A DNA stretch of 20,000 nt from an uncultured virus (IMG/VR IMGVR_UViG_3300032050_000089) (lineage: Duplodnaviria; Heunggongvirae; Uroviricota; Caudoviricetes), in the IMG/VR virus record IMGVR_UViG_3300032050_000089; one strand, given 5' to 3'. This document shows, one piece after another, positions 1 to 7,304 of the stretch. The position numbers were made by a program, and so were the translations under genes. The notes below the pieces were generated by a model. That model searched no databases, was not told the DNA's origin, and saw nothing but the letters and a program-made list of their open reading frames with translations. Numbering within the stretch: the stretch's first letter is position 1; every line of letters begins with the position of its first letter.

Positions 1-1
1 G

Positions 2-1387
2 GGAGCCACTGGAGGAAATCCACAATATCCTTATAATTTACCATACTCAGATTTCGTTGGTATGTTTACCCAAGAATGTTGTGAACTTATGGAAAATTGT
101 CCAGAATGTAAACTTGGCAATAATTTTGCAGAGGACTGTGCTTATAAAGCTGCAAGATGGTGTAGATGTCCAAAATATCCAGAACAAGGTATTTCCGCAT
201 GGGCTGCTAATGGACCAATTACAAATAATGATCCTAATGCTTTTGGTCCTTGGAATCAAGGATTGTTTGGCGGTGTGTCTGGAATAGTGCTGGGTTATGG
301 GTATAGTCGAAGTGCCGATTATGATTTTAAGAGATGGGACAGGGATCCAGCAACTGGAAATATTTTAATTACTCCAAACGGAGGGTTCATAAATTCAGAT
401 CAAAATCCTCGTAGTATATTAGAATTTGATACTGATTTTGAACTTAATTTTATTAATACACTATCCCCTGCTACTGGACGAACATGGGGGATTTGTAGTC
501 CAGTAACTAGCCAAGGAAAAATCATGTTTGGTTCCGATGATCAATTTGATTGTTCAAAAATTATGTTTAATATTACAGAGGAACAATTGAGATCTATTGG
601 ATTTGTAAATGATGATATGATCAATTTTTATAAAGGAAGTTTTTGTGGGTGCGAAGGAATAATTGTAGATCGTAATACAAGTAGTGGATACGAAGAATCA
701 GAATTTAATAATGACTGCTATAATTCTGATAATGAGCTAGGAAATTGTTCACCTCCAAATTATGATGCTATGGGTGGTGGTGGTGGATATACTTTAGGCT
801 CTTACAAATCCGCAGTTATCAATAATCCTCAAACACCCCATTATACGATTTGTCGTTATATAGCAAATTCTTTATGTGGCGGATTAAATATTTTCGGTGG
901 TGGTGTTGCGAAATTTAGAGATATAGAAGCTCCTTGCCATTTAAAAGGTTCGCTTTGGAATGGCACAGAACTTCCTAGCACTCCAGTAGAACAGCAGGGA
1001 TTGACGGGAGTAACTTGCTATGGTACACTCGATTATCTTTATAGTGGAAGTTGTTATGTCGCTCCTAGTACATATGAAGAACCGGGTTCTGGAAATTTTG
1101 TTGCTTGTCAAGACGATGGTATGTTTGGGGCTAACTGTGTTGACCTATTATCAGGTTTAGAGTTAGATCCTGAAAGTGATTGTTGTAAAGAATGTTTAAA
1201 TTCTGTTCCACCCGGTGATTTTGTCTCAAGCTTTGACTGTGCAACAGATTGTAATGTAAGTGATGAAGATATATTTGTATTTGATACTCCAGAAGAACAG
1301 CAAAATTCTTTATGGTGGGACCAAAATCAATTTGCGAATTGGGCACGTTCTTTAGGGCTTATAGGTTGTTGGAAGAAAAAAACATGA
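2..1387 (+). CDS. Cys/Gly-rich hypothetical protein, 5'-truncated (possible virion/tail-associated protein)
   Basis: The frame is open from base 2 (GATGGNPQYPYNLPYSDFVG-M...) through the listed ORF 62..1387, so the true start lies outside the window. Many Cys clusters (ECCELMENCPEC, CRCP, CCKEC). Confidence 0.75.
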   Translation, partial: GATGGNPQYPYNLPYSDFVGMFTQECCELMENCPECKLGNNFAEDCAYKAARWCRCPKYPEQGISAWAANGPITNNDPNAFGPWNQGLFGGVSGIVLGYGYSRSADYDFKRWDRDPATGNILITPNGGFINSDQNPRSILEFDTDFELNFINTLSPATGRTWGICSPVTSQGKIMFGSDDQFDCSKIMFNITEEQLRSIGFVNDDMINFYKGSFCGCEGIIVDRNTSSGYEESEFNNDCYNSDNELGNCSPPNYDAMGGGGGYTLGSYKSAVINNPQTPHYTICRYIANSLCGGLNIFGGGVAKFRDIEAPCHLKGSLWNGTELPSTPVEQQGLTGVTCYGTLDYLYSGSCYVAPSTYEEPGSGNFVACQDDGMFGANCVDLLSGLELDPESDCCKECLNSVPPGDFVSSFDCATDCNVSDEDIFVFDTPEEQQNSLWWDQNQFANWARSLGLIGCWKKKT

Positions 1388-1878
1388 AATTTAGAATAAT
1401 AGAAAAAGAAATACACAAAGGAGAAAAAATTGAAGTTCCTGAAAACAACAACAAAACATCTCCTCTTATTAAATTCCCAACACAAAATAATACAGCTAAA
1501 AAAATATCTCCCATTGTAAAAACAAAACTATGGGAAAAAATATTATTATATTTTTTATTCGAATTAAATAGCGCATTCACTACAGAAGTATCCAAGAAAG
1601 TATTTGAGGCCAGAAAAGAACAATGCCTTAAATGCCCCGGTCTTGCCAAATCACCACAAGATCCGATAGGGTATTGCAAACTCTGTGGCTGTGGAATGAA
1701 CCCAAGAGCAAGGTTGACTGTAAAGTTAACTGTTGCTGGAGCCACATGCCCAAAGAAACTCTGGAAACCAGTACGGGGAAAGTTCTCAGTCAAGAATTTC
1801 ATGAAGTCACTGCTTGGAATTTCACAGACACTGTGGTATAATCTCAAGCAACTATGCAAATTAAAGAAACACAATTAG
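1384..1878 (+). CDS. small Cys-motif protein (RxxxCxxC...CxxCGC...CP..W; DUF6171-like, probable metal binder)
   Basis: The ATG at 1384 overlaps the upstream stop (ATGA). Motif RKEQCLKC...CKLCGC...TCPKKLW. Confidence 0.7.
   Translation: MKFRIIEKEIHKGEKIEVPENNNKTSPLIKFPTQNNTAKKISPIVKTKLWEKILLYFLFELNSAFTTEVSKKVFEARKEQCLKCPGLAKSPQDPIGYCKLCGCGMNPRARLTVKLTVAGATCPKKLWKPVRGKFSVKNFMKSLLGISQTLWYNLKQLCKLKKHN
1814..1842 (+). promoter_or_regulatory. sigma70-type promoter with extended -10, upstream of guaC
   Basis: TTGGAA-N17-TATAAT with TG immediately before the -10 (TGTGGTATAAT). The ATG follows 11 nt later. Confidence 0.6.
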
Positions 1879-2879
1879 ACTATTCGGATGTTCTGATCGT
1901 ACCGCAACCATCAAAGGTCAACTCAAGATCTGATGTTTCCCTGATCAGAACTGTGGGTAGAATTCCTTGGACTGGTATTCCAGTCGTTGCAGCTAATATG
2001 GCTACGACTGGGACGTTAAACATGGCAGAAGCCCTCACCAAGCACATGTGGTTGACTTGCTTGCATAAGCATTATACCGCGAATGATCTACAATCACTTG
2101 CAAAGGATGTTCAGTATTTTTCTGCGCCGACTATCGGCATGGATACGGCATCACAGCAAACATTCTACAAGGTGATGGAAAAGGAAAACTTTTTCAAGTT
2201 TGTCTGCATCGATGTGGCAAATGGTTACATCGAAAGTTTCAAGACACTAGTAAAAAATATTCGTAGTAAGTACGGAGATCGTGTAAATATTATTGCAGGA
2301 AATGTTGTCACCCCAGAAGGAGTAGAAGCACTATGGATCGAAGGAGCAGACTTTGTAAAGGTTGGAATCGGCCCCGGCAGCGCATGTACGACACGCAAGA
2401 TGACCGGAGTAGGGTATCCCCAGTTTTCGGCGGTTCACCATTGCGCCGAAGATGCAAAGAATCTTCCGGGGTTCTCGGGTATAGTCGCGGATGGTGGGTG
2501 CGTACATCCCGGTGATGTAGCCAAGGCTTTCGCCGCTGGTGCTAAGATGGTCATGCTTGGCGGCATGCTAGCAGGCCACGACGAGTCTGGTGGGTGGGAA
2601 TATGACTATGCACAAGGCAAGTCAGTCCCGACCTTCTATGGCATGGCATCGGAACATGCAATGACAAATCACTACAATCATCGGCCAGAGTATCGTTGTG
2701 CTGAGGGAAAGAAGATTGTGGTTGAAGAGCGCGGTGAAGTAGCAAATACTGTCAAGGAAATTATGGGTGGGGTTCGCTCTGCTTGCACCTATGTCGGTGC
2801 AAGGGATCTAAATGAATTGCACAATAATGCACAATTCGTTAGAGTAAACAATCAATACAACAAAATTTTTGGAGAATAA
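1854..2879 (+). CDS. guaC: GMP reductase
   Basis: Motifs LDYSDVLIVP..SRSDV, GIPVVAANM, CIDVANGY, AGNVVT, KVGIGPGSACTTR..TGVGYPQFSA, ADGG, MLGGMLAGHDE, FYGMAS, AEGK, GGVRSACTYVGA. No CBS domains, 341 aa. Confidence 0.95.
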   Translation: MQIKETQLDYSDVLIVPQPSKVNSRSDVSLIRTVGRIPWTGIPVVAANMATTGTLNMAEALTKHMWLTCLHKHYTANDLQSLAKDVQYFSAPTIGMDTASQQTFYKVMEKENFFKFVCIDVANGYIESFKTLVKNIRSKYGDRVNIIAGNVVTPEGVEALWIEGADFVKVGIGPGSACTTRKMTGVGYPQFSAVHHCAEDAKNLPGFSGIVADGGCVHPGDVAKAFAAGAKMVMLGGMLAGHDESGGWEYDYAQGKSVPTFYGMASEHAMTNHYNHRPEYRCAEGKKIVVEERGEVANTVKEIMGGVRSACTYVGARDLNELHNNAQFVRVNNQYNKIFGE

Positions 2880-2880
2880 C

Positions 2881-3120
2881 ATGTTTGGTGATCCAGAAGA
2901 ATTTATCAAAAACTTTAATGTTCAAAACCTGTCAGACGAAGAACTGATGCTGCTGTGGTTAGTGATGTATTTTACCAACTACACCACATACATCGAAGAA
3001 CTTAATAAAGATCTTCATGAGAAAGCTATTGACTATGCGAACGATGAGACTAAGATACCGGGTGTCAGCCTAGTATATACTGACAAATTCGTTACTAAGT
3101 CTAAACCTCCCAAGGAATAA
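2881..3120 (+). CDS. hypothetical protein
   Basis: GGAG RBS before the ATG at 2881. Fills the gap between guaC and the next gene. Confidence 0.7.
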   Translation: MFGDPEEFIKNFNVQNLSDEELMLLWLVMYFTNYTTYIEELNKDLHEKAIDYANDETKIPGVSLVYTDKFVTKSKPPKE

Positions 3121-3121
3121 C

Positions 3122-3643
3122 ATGAACATCTTTGTACTTGACCAAGATCCAGTACTTGCAGCCAGTTACATGTGCGATAAGCATGTCGTAAAGATGATCC
3201 TTGAAAGTGCTCAAATGCTTTCTACGGTTCATCATCTTTCTAACAACCCACACAATCTGCCACTTTACAAGAAGTGCTTTGTCAATCATCCATGCACTAA
3301 GTGGGCTACAGAATCTTCTGCAAATTACGAATGGCTTGTACTACACGCTCGTAGCCTCTGCCACTTCTACAGTAAGCGGTATGAGCGCAATCATAAGTCT
3401 GAATCTCTTATCAACGAAATGTTTCAAATGCGACCGAATTTCATCAACAAAGATATCACGCCATTTGCTCAGGCAATGCCTGATAAATACAAGGTAACTG
3501 GTGATGCTGTCCGAGCATATCGTGCTTACTACGTTGGCGAAAAGAGTAAATTCGCCAAGTGGTCTTGCAATCCCTGTCCGTTTTGGTATACTGATGCAAT
3601 AAAGGAAAAAGAACATGCAAACACTTATTCTACGTCTTACTAG
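3122..3643 (+). CDS. pyrimidine-dimer DNA glycosylase / endonuclease V (DenV)-like phage protein
   Basis: N-terminus MNIFVLDQDP..AA..CDKHVVKMILESAQMLST, plus NHPCTKW, QAMPDKYK and AYRAYY..K, typical of this widespread phage family. Confidence 0.8.
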   Translation: MNIFVLDQDPVLAASYMCDKHVVKMILESAQMLSTVHHLSNNPHNLPLYKKCFVNHPCTKWATESSANYEWLVLHARSLCHFYSKRYERNHKSESLINEMFQMRPNFINKDITPFAQAMPDKYKVTGDAVRAYRAYYVGEKSKFAKWSCNPCPFWYTDAIKEKEHANTYSTSY

Positions 3644-3932
3644 TGGTGAAGAACTTATCGGCAAGGTTTCATTTGATGGAGTTGCCGCAACATACACGAT
3701 TCAGAAGCCATTTATTCTGATTCCTGTCGGTGATGGAAAGATTGGTTTCGCTCCATATATGCCATATGCAAACCATGGCGATGGTCTTGAAATTTCTGAT
3801 ATCTTTGTGGTATTCGAAACCGAACCAGTCAAGGAAATGGAAGCCAAGTATATTGAGGCTTCAACTGGTATCTTTACAGGCAATATGGGATCTGGACCGA
3901 TTCTAGGTAGCGGTCTACGACTCAGTGAGTAA
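3615..3932 (+). CDS. conserved T4-like phage small protein (Sm-like beta fold)
   Basis: The pattern ILRLTSGEELIG...KP..L......IGFAPYMPY is typical of small T4-like phage proteins. Confidence 0.65.
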   Translation: MQTLILRLTSGEELIGKVSFDGVAATYTIQKPFILIPVGDGKIGFAPYMPYANHGDGLEISDIFVVFETEPVKEMEAKYIEASTGIFTGNMGSGPILGSGLRLSE

Positions 3933-3938
3933 AGACAT

Positions 3939-4012
3939 ATTCCCGTAGCTCAATTGGATAGAGCGTGGCACTTCTAATGCTAAGGTTACAGGTTCAATTC
4001 CTGTCGGGAATG
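3939..4012 (+). tRNA. tRNA-Arg(TCT)
   Basis: Acceptor ATTCCCG/CGGGAAT, D-arm GCTC..GAGC, anticodon arm TGGCA-CT-TCT-AA-TGCTA, T-arm ACAGG-TTCAATT-CCTGT. No encoded CCA. Confidence 0.95.
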
Positions 4013-4018
4013 TTTATG

Positions 4019-4126
4019 AATCCATCGGCGTGGTAGGAACACGCGGTGTTGACAAGACTCGCTCTAGCGTAAAACCACCTATTCTGTGACAAAGCTAGGT
4101 AATGGGTGCAAATCCCATATGGATCT
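4019..4126 (+). ncRNA. tRNA-like RNA with enlarged anticodon/variable domain
   Basis: Acceptor-like ATCCAT/ATGGAT, D-like GCGTG-GTAGGAA-CACGC, T-like ATGGG-TGCAAAT-CCCAT. The middle is about 55 nt, with GGTG...CACC enclosing CGC-TCTA-GCG. Confidence 0.55.
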
Positions 4127-4128
4127 TT

Positions 4129-4329
4129 ATGAGAAAAAAGCCACTATATAAAACGACGATTACACTTTGGACAGTGTATGACACAAGATTTAGAAAGCCT
4201 ATGGATGTTATGGATTATGCGGTAAGGAAAGAATTTGGATCTTATTTGGCTAAGATTGATTGCGTAGAAATCAGAGAGCCATTTAAGGACGAAGACTGGA
4301 AAGACGAAGCAAATCAATACTTCCATTGA
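4129..4329 (+). CDS. hypothetical protein (MRKKPLYKTT...)
   Basis: In-frame ATG just after the tRNA-like RNA. The stop abuts tRNA-Gln. Confidence 0.6.
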   Translation: MRKKPLYKTTITLWTVYDTRFRKPMDVMDYAVRKEFGSYLAKIDCVEIREPFKDEDWKDEANQYFH

Positions 4330-4400
4330 TGGAGATTGGTGTAACGGTAGCACAACTGACTCTGACTCAGTTTGTCCTAGTTCGAATCTAGGATCTCTAA
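4330..4400 (+). tRNA. tRNA-Gln(CTG)
   Basis: TGGAGAT/ATCTCTA acceptor, anticodon arm ACTGA-CT-CTG-AC-TCAGT, T-arm CCTAG-TTCGAAT-CTAGG. Confidence 0.93.
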
Positions 4401-4403
4401 TTT

Positions 4404-4475
4404 GAGGATGTAACTCAACGGCAGAGTGTGACCCTTCCATGGTCAATGTTGCGGGTTCAAGTCCCGTCATCCTCT
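4404..4475 (+). tRNA. tRNA-Gly(TCC)
   Basis: GAGGATG/CATCCTC acceptor, anticodon arm TGACC-CT-TCC-AT-GGTCA, T-arm GCGGG-TTCAAGT-CCCGT, U73. Confidence 0.9.
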
Positions 4476-4476
4476 T

Positions 4477-4550
4477 TCTTCGGTAGCTCAGTTGGTAGAA
4501 GCGGAAAGCTGTTAACTTTCATGTCGCTGGTTCGAATCCAGCCCGAAGAG
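4477..4550 (+). tRNA. tRNA-Asn(GTT)
   Basis: TCTTCGG/CCGAAGA acceptor, anticodon arm GAAAG-CT-GTT-AA-CTTTC, T-arm GCTGG-TTCGAAT-CCAGC, G73. Confidence 0.95.
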
Positions 4551-4552
4551 TT

Positions 4553-4873
4553 ATGTCAACCCTAGAAGAAGAAATCTATGCACTCAAGCGTTGTAAAGAA
4601 TTCATTTACAGCCTTCTTGATCCAAAACAAACACCAAAAGTGCCAAAAGAAATTCGTCAACGAGCACGAAATGTGGTAAAACACTATCCTTTGGTGGTTG
4701 ATGTTTTTGTAGAGAAATACTATAATGAGAAGATAGTCGGGTCAAAGGCGACTACTTATGATTATTCCAAAATTGAGTACGAAGCTAAACGATATTTTAG
4801 AGCAAACGATGCCAATCTGTCTGGAAATGCAGCGACAGAAGAAGCATGTAAGCCTGATCTTCCACAAGAATAA
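4553..4873 (+). CDS. conserved phage hypothetical protein (BPSL0761-like N-terminal half)
   Basis: Motif EFIYSLLDPKQTPKVPKEIRQRARNVVKHYP. The C-terminal tail overlaps the next ORF. Confidence 0.65.
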   Translation: MSTLEEEIYALKRCKEFIYSLLDPKQTPKVPKEIRQRARNVVKHYPLVVDVFVEKYYNEKIVGSKATTYDYSKIEYEAKRYFRANDANLSGNAATEEACKPDLPQE

Positions 4874-5153
4874 GCTAGTTTCAATCGGAACTAACCAGTT
4901 CAAGACTCATCCACTTGCTCGTAAGTATGGTTATGTCATTGATTGTGTCCATTCTGAACTGGATGCGTTCAATAAGTTGCCTAAATCATACAAGAAGGGT
5001 GACAAAAAGCTGAAACTGATCAATTTTCGTATGAATCGGTTTCATGAATTGAGGAATTCAAAGCCGTGTAAGCATTGTCTGACATGGTGTGTTGACTTCT
5101 TCGATGAGATCTGGTATACTGATGATGAAGGTTTTCAAGAATTGGAGGTTTAA
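4758..5153 (+). CDS. zinc-dependent cytidine/dCMP deaminase-superfamily protein (start uncertain, possibly 4809)
   Basis: HVSLIF...SIGTN..KTHP, HSE (HxE) and NSKPCKHC (PCxxC) Zn-deaminase motifs. Confidence 0.8.
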   Translation: MIIPKLSTKLNDILEQTMPICLEMQRQKKHVSLIFHKNKLVSIGTNQFKTHPLARKYGYVIDCVHSELDAFNKLPKSYKKGDKKLKLINFRMNRFHELRNSKPCKHCLTWCVDFFDEIWYTDDEGFQELEV

Positions 5154-5154
5154 C

Positions 5155-5346
5155 ATGTACAAGCACGGCGAACACGTAGTAAATTCACAAAACAACAAGG
5201 CTTGCACCATTATGGGAAGCCAGTCAGAGAAGATCAAGACCAAGAATGGTATGATCACCGAAGAAGTTGAGTATTTTGTTCGTTATGAGGATGGTTCGAC
5301 TGATTGGATTCCATCCGAAAACGCCAAGAAGCTTCTTATCGACTAA
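5155..5346 (+). CDS. hypothetical protein (small beta-rich)
   Basis: GGAGG RBS before the ATG at 5155. Sequence MYKHGEHVV...YFVRYEDGSTDWIP. Confidence 0.7.
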   Translation: MYKHGEHVVNSQNNKACTIMGSQSEKIKTKNGMITEEVEYFVRYEDGSTDWIPSENAKKLLID

Positions 5347-5612
5347 TGGCATATCGCATTCACATTGATATTCCACTTGAGGTGGCCTCGCAGGAAGCCG
5401 CTATTTCAGCCGCCAAGGCAATCCTAGCCCAGATGACTGGGCAGGGGGTGCAAGACCTTACCAAGGGGCTTGGCGGCTCCCAGATCAACTATCGGCTTGG
5501 TGACGATACTGATCGCCAGAAGAGCAATTATTTGGTTTTGACTCCTTCTGGACATGCAACAAACCAAAAATGTAAAATTCTCTTGACAGAGGAGCCATCT
5601 TCAGTAGAATGA
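5346..5612 (+). CDS. hypothetical protein
   Basis: TAATG stop/start coupling with the upstream gene. Confidence 0.65.
   Translation: MAYRIHIDIPLEVASQEAAISAAKAILAQMTGQGVQDLTKGLGGSQINYRLGDDTDRQKSNYLVLTPSGHATNQKCKILLTEEPSSVE
5583..5610 (+). promoter_or_regulatory. sigma70-type promoter driving the ncRNA and tRNA-Ile
   Basis: TTGACA-N16-TAGAAT at the end of the upstream CDS. Confidence 0.6.
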
Positions 5613-5619
5613 TGGCATA

Positions 5620-5696
5620 ATAGGGAACGACAAAGCACAAATCGTTCCGCCCTAACGGGAAAGCGAGGACTAGATCGCCAGTACTTCGGGTACTGT
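5620..5696 (+). ncRNA. putative small structured RNA (four tandem hairpins)
   Basis: Hairpins GGAACGA/TCGTTCC, CCC-TAAC-GGG, GCGA/TCGC and CAGTAC-TTCGG-GTACTG lie between the promoter and tRNA-Ile. Confidence 0.5.
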
Positions 5697-5700
5697 AATT

Positions 5701-5773
5701 GGGTAGGTAGTTCAACTGGCAGAACCAACCGCTTATAACGGTTGATGTGTGGGTTCGACCCCCACCCTACCCA
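5701..5773 (+). tRNA. tRNA-Ile(TAT)
   Basis: GGGTAGG/CCTACCC acceptor, anticodon arm AACCG-CT-TAT-AA-CGGTT, T-arm GTGGG-TTCGACC-CCCAC, A73. Confidence 0.92.
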
Positions 5774-5793
5774 TTTGAGGACTAAGTATAGTT

Positions 5794-5943
5794 ATGACTG
5801 ATGAAGAAAAAAAGCTAATACTTGAACTCAAGCAAGAGGTTGAAAAGATCAAAGTAAATCTTATTCTAGAGAATAGGAAACTAGATCAGATCGTTTCGGT
5901 TGTAAATTTTATTATTCAAAAGGAGAATTTAAATGCACAATAA
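5794..5943 (+). CDS. 49-aa coiled-coil hypothetical protein (below the ORF-track cutoff)
   Basis: MTDEEKKLILELKQEVEKIKVNLILENRKLDQIVSVVNFIIQKENLNAQ*, translated by hand. Fills the gap and overlaps the next start. Confidence 0.6.
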   Translation: MTDEEKKLILELKQEVEKIKVNLILENRKLDQIVSVVNFIIQKENLNAQ

Positions 5944-6241
5944 TGTTTTTACTTATCGTTGGCTTGCTGTTTTTACCGCGTTCGCTGCTCTGATTCTACA
6001 CCTTGATAACGCAAAGGCTCCGCTTGTTTGGTCATTTGCTGGACTGACTGGATTCCTGCTTGTTGCAGAAATTCGTCGGCTATCAAAGGAAGTCTGCTCA
6101 CTTGAGCGTAGCCATACTGATCGGACTCACAATGAAAATATTGATGAGCTTCGCCGTAGCATGTGGCATCAGACTGACTCGCTCCATGAGCGGATTGACC
6201 ATTGCTCAAATACTTGCTCCAAGGCAAAGACTCGTCTTTGA
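5933..6241 (+). CDS. membrane protein (two N-terminal TM helices)
   Basis: AAGGAG RBS. Hydrophobic segments WLAVFTAFAALILHL and LVWSFAGLTGFLLVAEI. Confidence 0.75.
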   Translation: MHNNVFTYRWLAVFTAFAALILHLDNAKAPLVWSFAGLTGFLLVAEIRRLSKEVCSLERSHTDRTHNENIDELRRSMWHQTDSLHERIDHCSNTCSKAKTRL

Positions 6242-6259
6242 TCTAAAGGGCAACCCCAC

Positions 6260-6285
6260 AAAACCCCGCGCAAGCGGGGTTTTTT
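6260..6285. terminator. bidirectional rho-independent terminator
   Basis: AAAA-CCCCGC-GCAA-GCGGGG-TTTTTT between convergent genes. Confidence 0.9.
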
Positions 6286-6286
6286 A

Positions 6287-6550
6287 TTAGGTTAGGAATG
6301 CTACGCTTACAGCAGCAGATGCAGTCAATCCAGTAATTCGGAGTGGTAATAAAACGGGTCCATTTGCATCTGCATCAACAAACATATTAAATTGGTTCGA
6401 TGGGGAGCCAGTGGTATCCATAAACGAAAGAGTAAGTCCGGCAGCACCAGTAGTAAGATTGCTAATCAATACAGAACGGTGCTTCGGGATTTGCCCTAAT
6501 GTCAATCCGGTGGTTGAAGATACTACAGAGACAGCTGTTTTGTTTTCCAT
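6287..6550 (-). CDS. small beta-rich hypothetical late protein
   Basis: 87-aa ORF preceded by CATAAATA 5 nt upstream. Confidence 0.7.
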   Translation of the reverse strand: MENKTAVSVVSSTTGLTLGQIPKHRSVLISNLTTGAAGLTLSFMDTTGSPSNQFNMFVDADANGPVLLPLRITGLTASAAVSVAFLT

Positions 6551-6555
6551 ACTAG

Positions 6556-6575
6556 TATTTATGTAATCATAAATA
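6556..6575. promoter_or_regulatory. divergent pair of T4-type late promoters (CATAAATA on both strands)
   Basis: TATTTATG at 6556-6563 (minus-strand promoter) and CATAAATA at 6568-6575 (plus strand). The T4 gp55 consensus is TATAAATA. Confidence 0.75.
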
Positions 6576-6577
6576 TC

Positions 6578-7300
6578 ATGATGAACTTCTTGTCCCTATT
6601 AAATGAAAAATTAACTCTTGAGTACCACAATAAACTCAATCCTATTTACTGGGATGGAGAAACGCTCAAACCACAGGTCAAAAAGACATTGACCAAGATA
6701 GGCTACAAATGGGCCAAATTTGCCAACGTCCCGGAAGAAGCTATTATTGATATCGTCATGACAGGGGGAAATGCCAATTACAATTATACAAATAATTCAG
6801 ATTTGGATATCCATCTAGTAATTGACCCCACCTTTTTTGAAATGGACAAGGATTTAATTCTTGATTATTTTAAAGATAAAAAAACAATCTGGAATCTATC
6901 TCATAAAATCAAGGTTTATGGGGCAGATGTTGAAATATTTGCACAACCCATAACCCAAGTGACCCACAAAGATCAGGGTGTTTATTCTCTACTTAATGAC
7001 CAATGGGTATCTAAACCCAAATATAAAGATCTAAATTTTGAAAAGGATAGCTTTCTCACAAAGAAAGTTGAATCCTATATGGCCAAAATAGATCATTTGA
7101 TTGAAACGGAATCAACTGATGAAAACCTTTATAGATCATTACTCAAGAAGATCAGCAAAATGCGAGATGAAGGACTTGAAACTGGTGGAGAGTTTTCTAT
7201 GGAAAACTTGCTCTTCAAAGAACTTCGTAGCCGTGGTTATATTGACAAGCTTCGCAATGCTGCTAATCGCGCACTCGACAAAGAACTTACACTGGAATAA
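6578..7300 (+). CDS. Pol-beta superfamily nucleotidyltransferase (T4-like phage type); probable start 6581
   Basis: DIVMTGGNANYNYTNNSDLDIHL (G-x-x...DxD), a third acidic residue in DVEIF, and C-terminal GEFSMENLLFKELR..GY. N-terminus MNFLSLLNE. Confidence 0.85.
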   Translation: MMNFLSLLNEKLTLEYHNKLNPIYWDGETLKPQVKKTLTKIGYKWAKFANVPEEAIIDIVMTGGNANYNYTNNSDLDIHLVIDPTFFEMDKDLILDYFKDKKTIWNLSHKIKVYGADVEIFAQPITQVTHKDQGVYSLLNDQWVSKPKYKDLNFEKDSFLTKKVESYMAKIDHLIETESTDENLYRSLLKKISKMRDEGLETGGEFSMENLLFKELRSRGYIDKLRNAANRALDKELTLE

Positions 7301-7304
7301 AACT

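Noticed and set aside
4059..4070. CTA in the CGC-TCTA-GCG hairpin as an amber suppressor anticodon / stop-codon recoding
   Set aside because: A 4-nt loop is not an anticodon loop. Genes tile well in the standard code and TAG is used as a stop (e.g. 12361).
4144..4470. 108-aa minus-strand ORF (MTGLEPAT...)
   Set aside because: Typical antisense translation of tRNA genes.
6578..7300. Nucleotidyltransferase as CCA-adding enzyme or CBASS cyclase
   Set aside because: Only the generic Pol-beta motif is visible. No class II CCA motifs and no CBASS effector neighbours are seen, so the substrate cannot be assigned.
7101..7304. N-terminal extension of the LysM protein from TTG 7101
   Set aside because: Overlaps the nucleotidyltransferase by 200 nt. 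The ATG at 7305 follows its stop directly.
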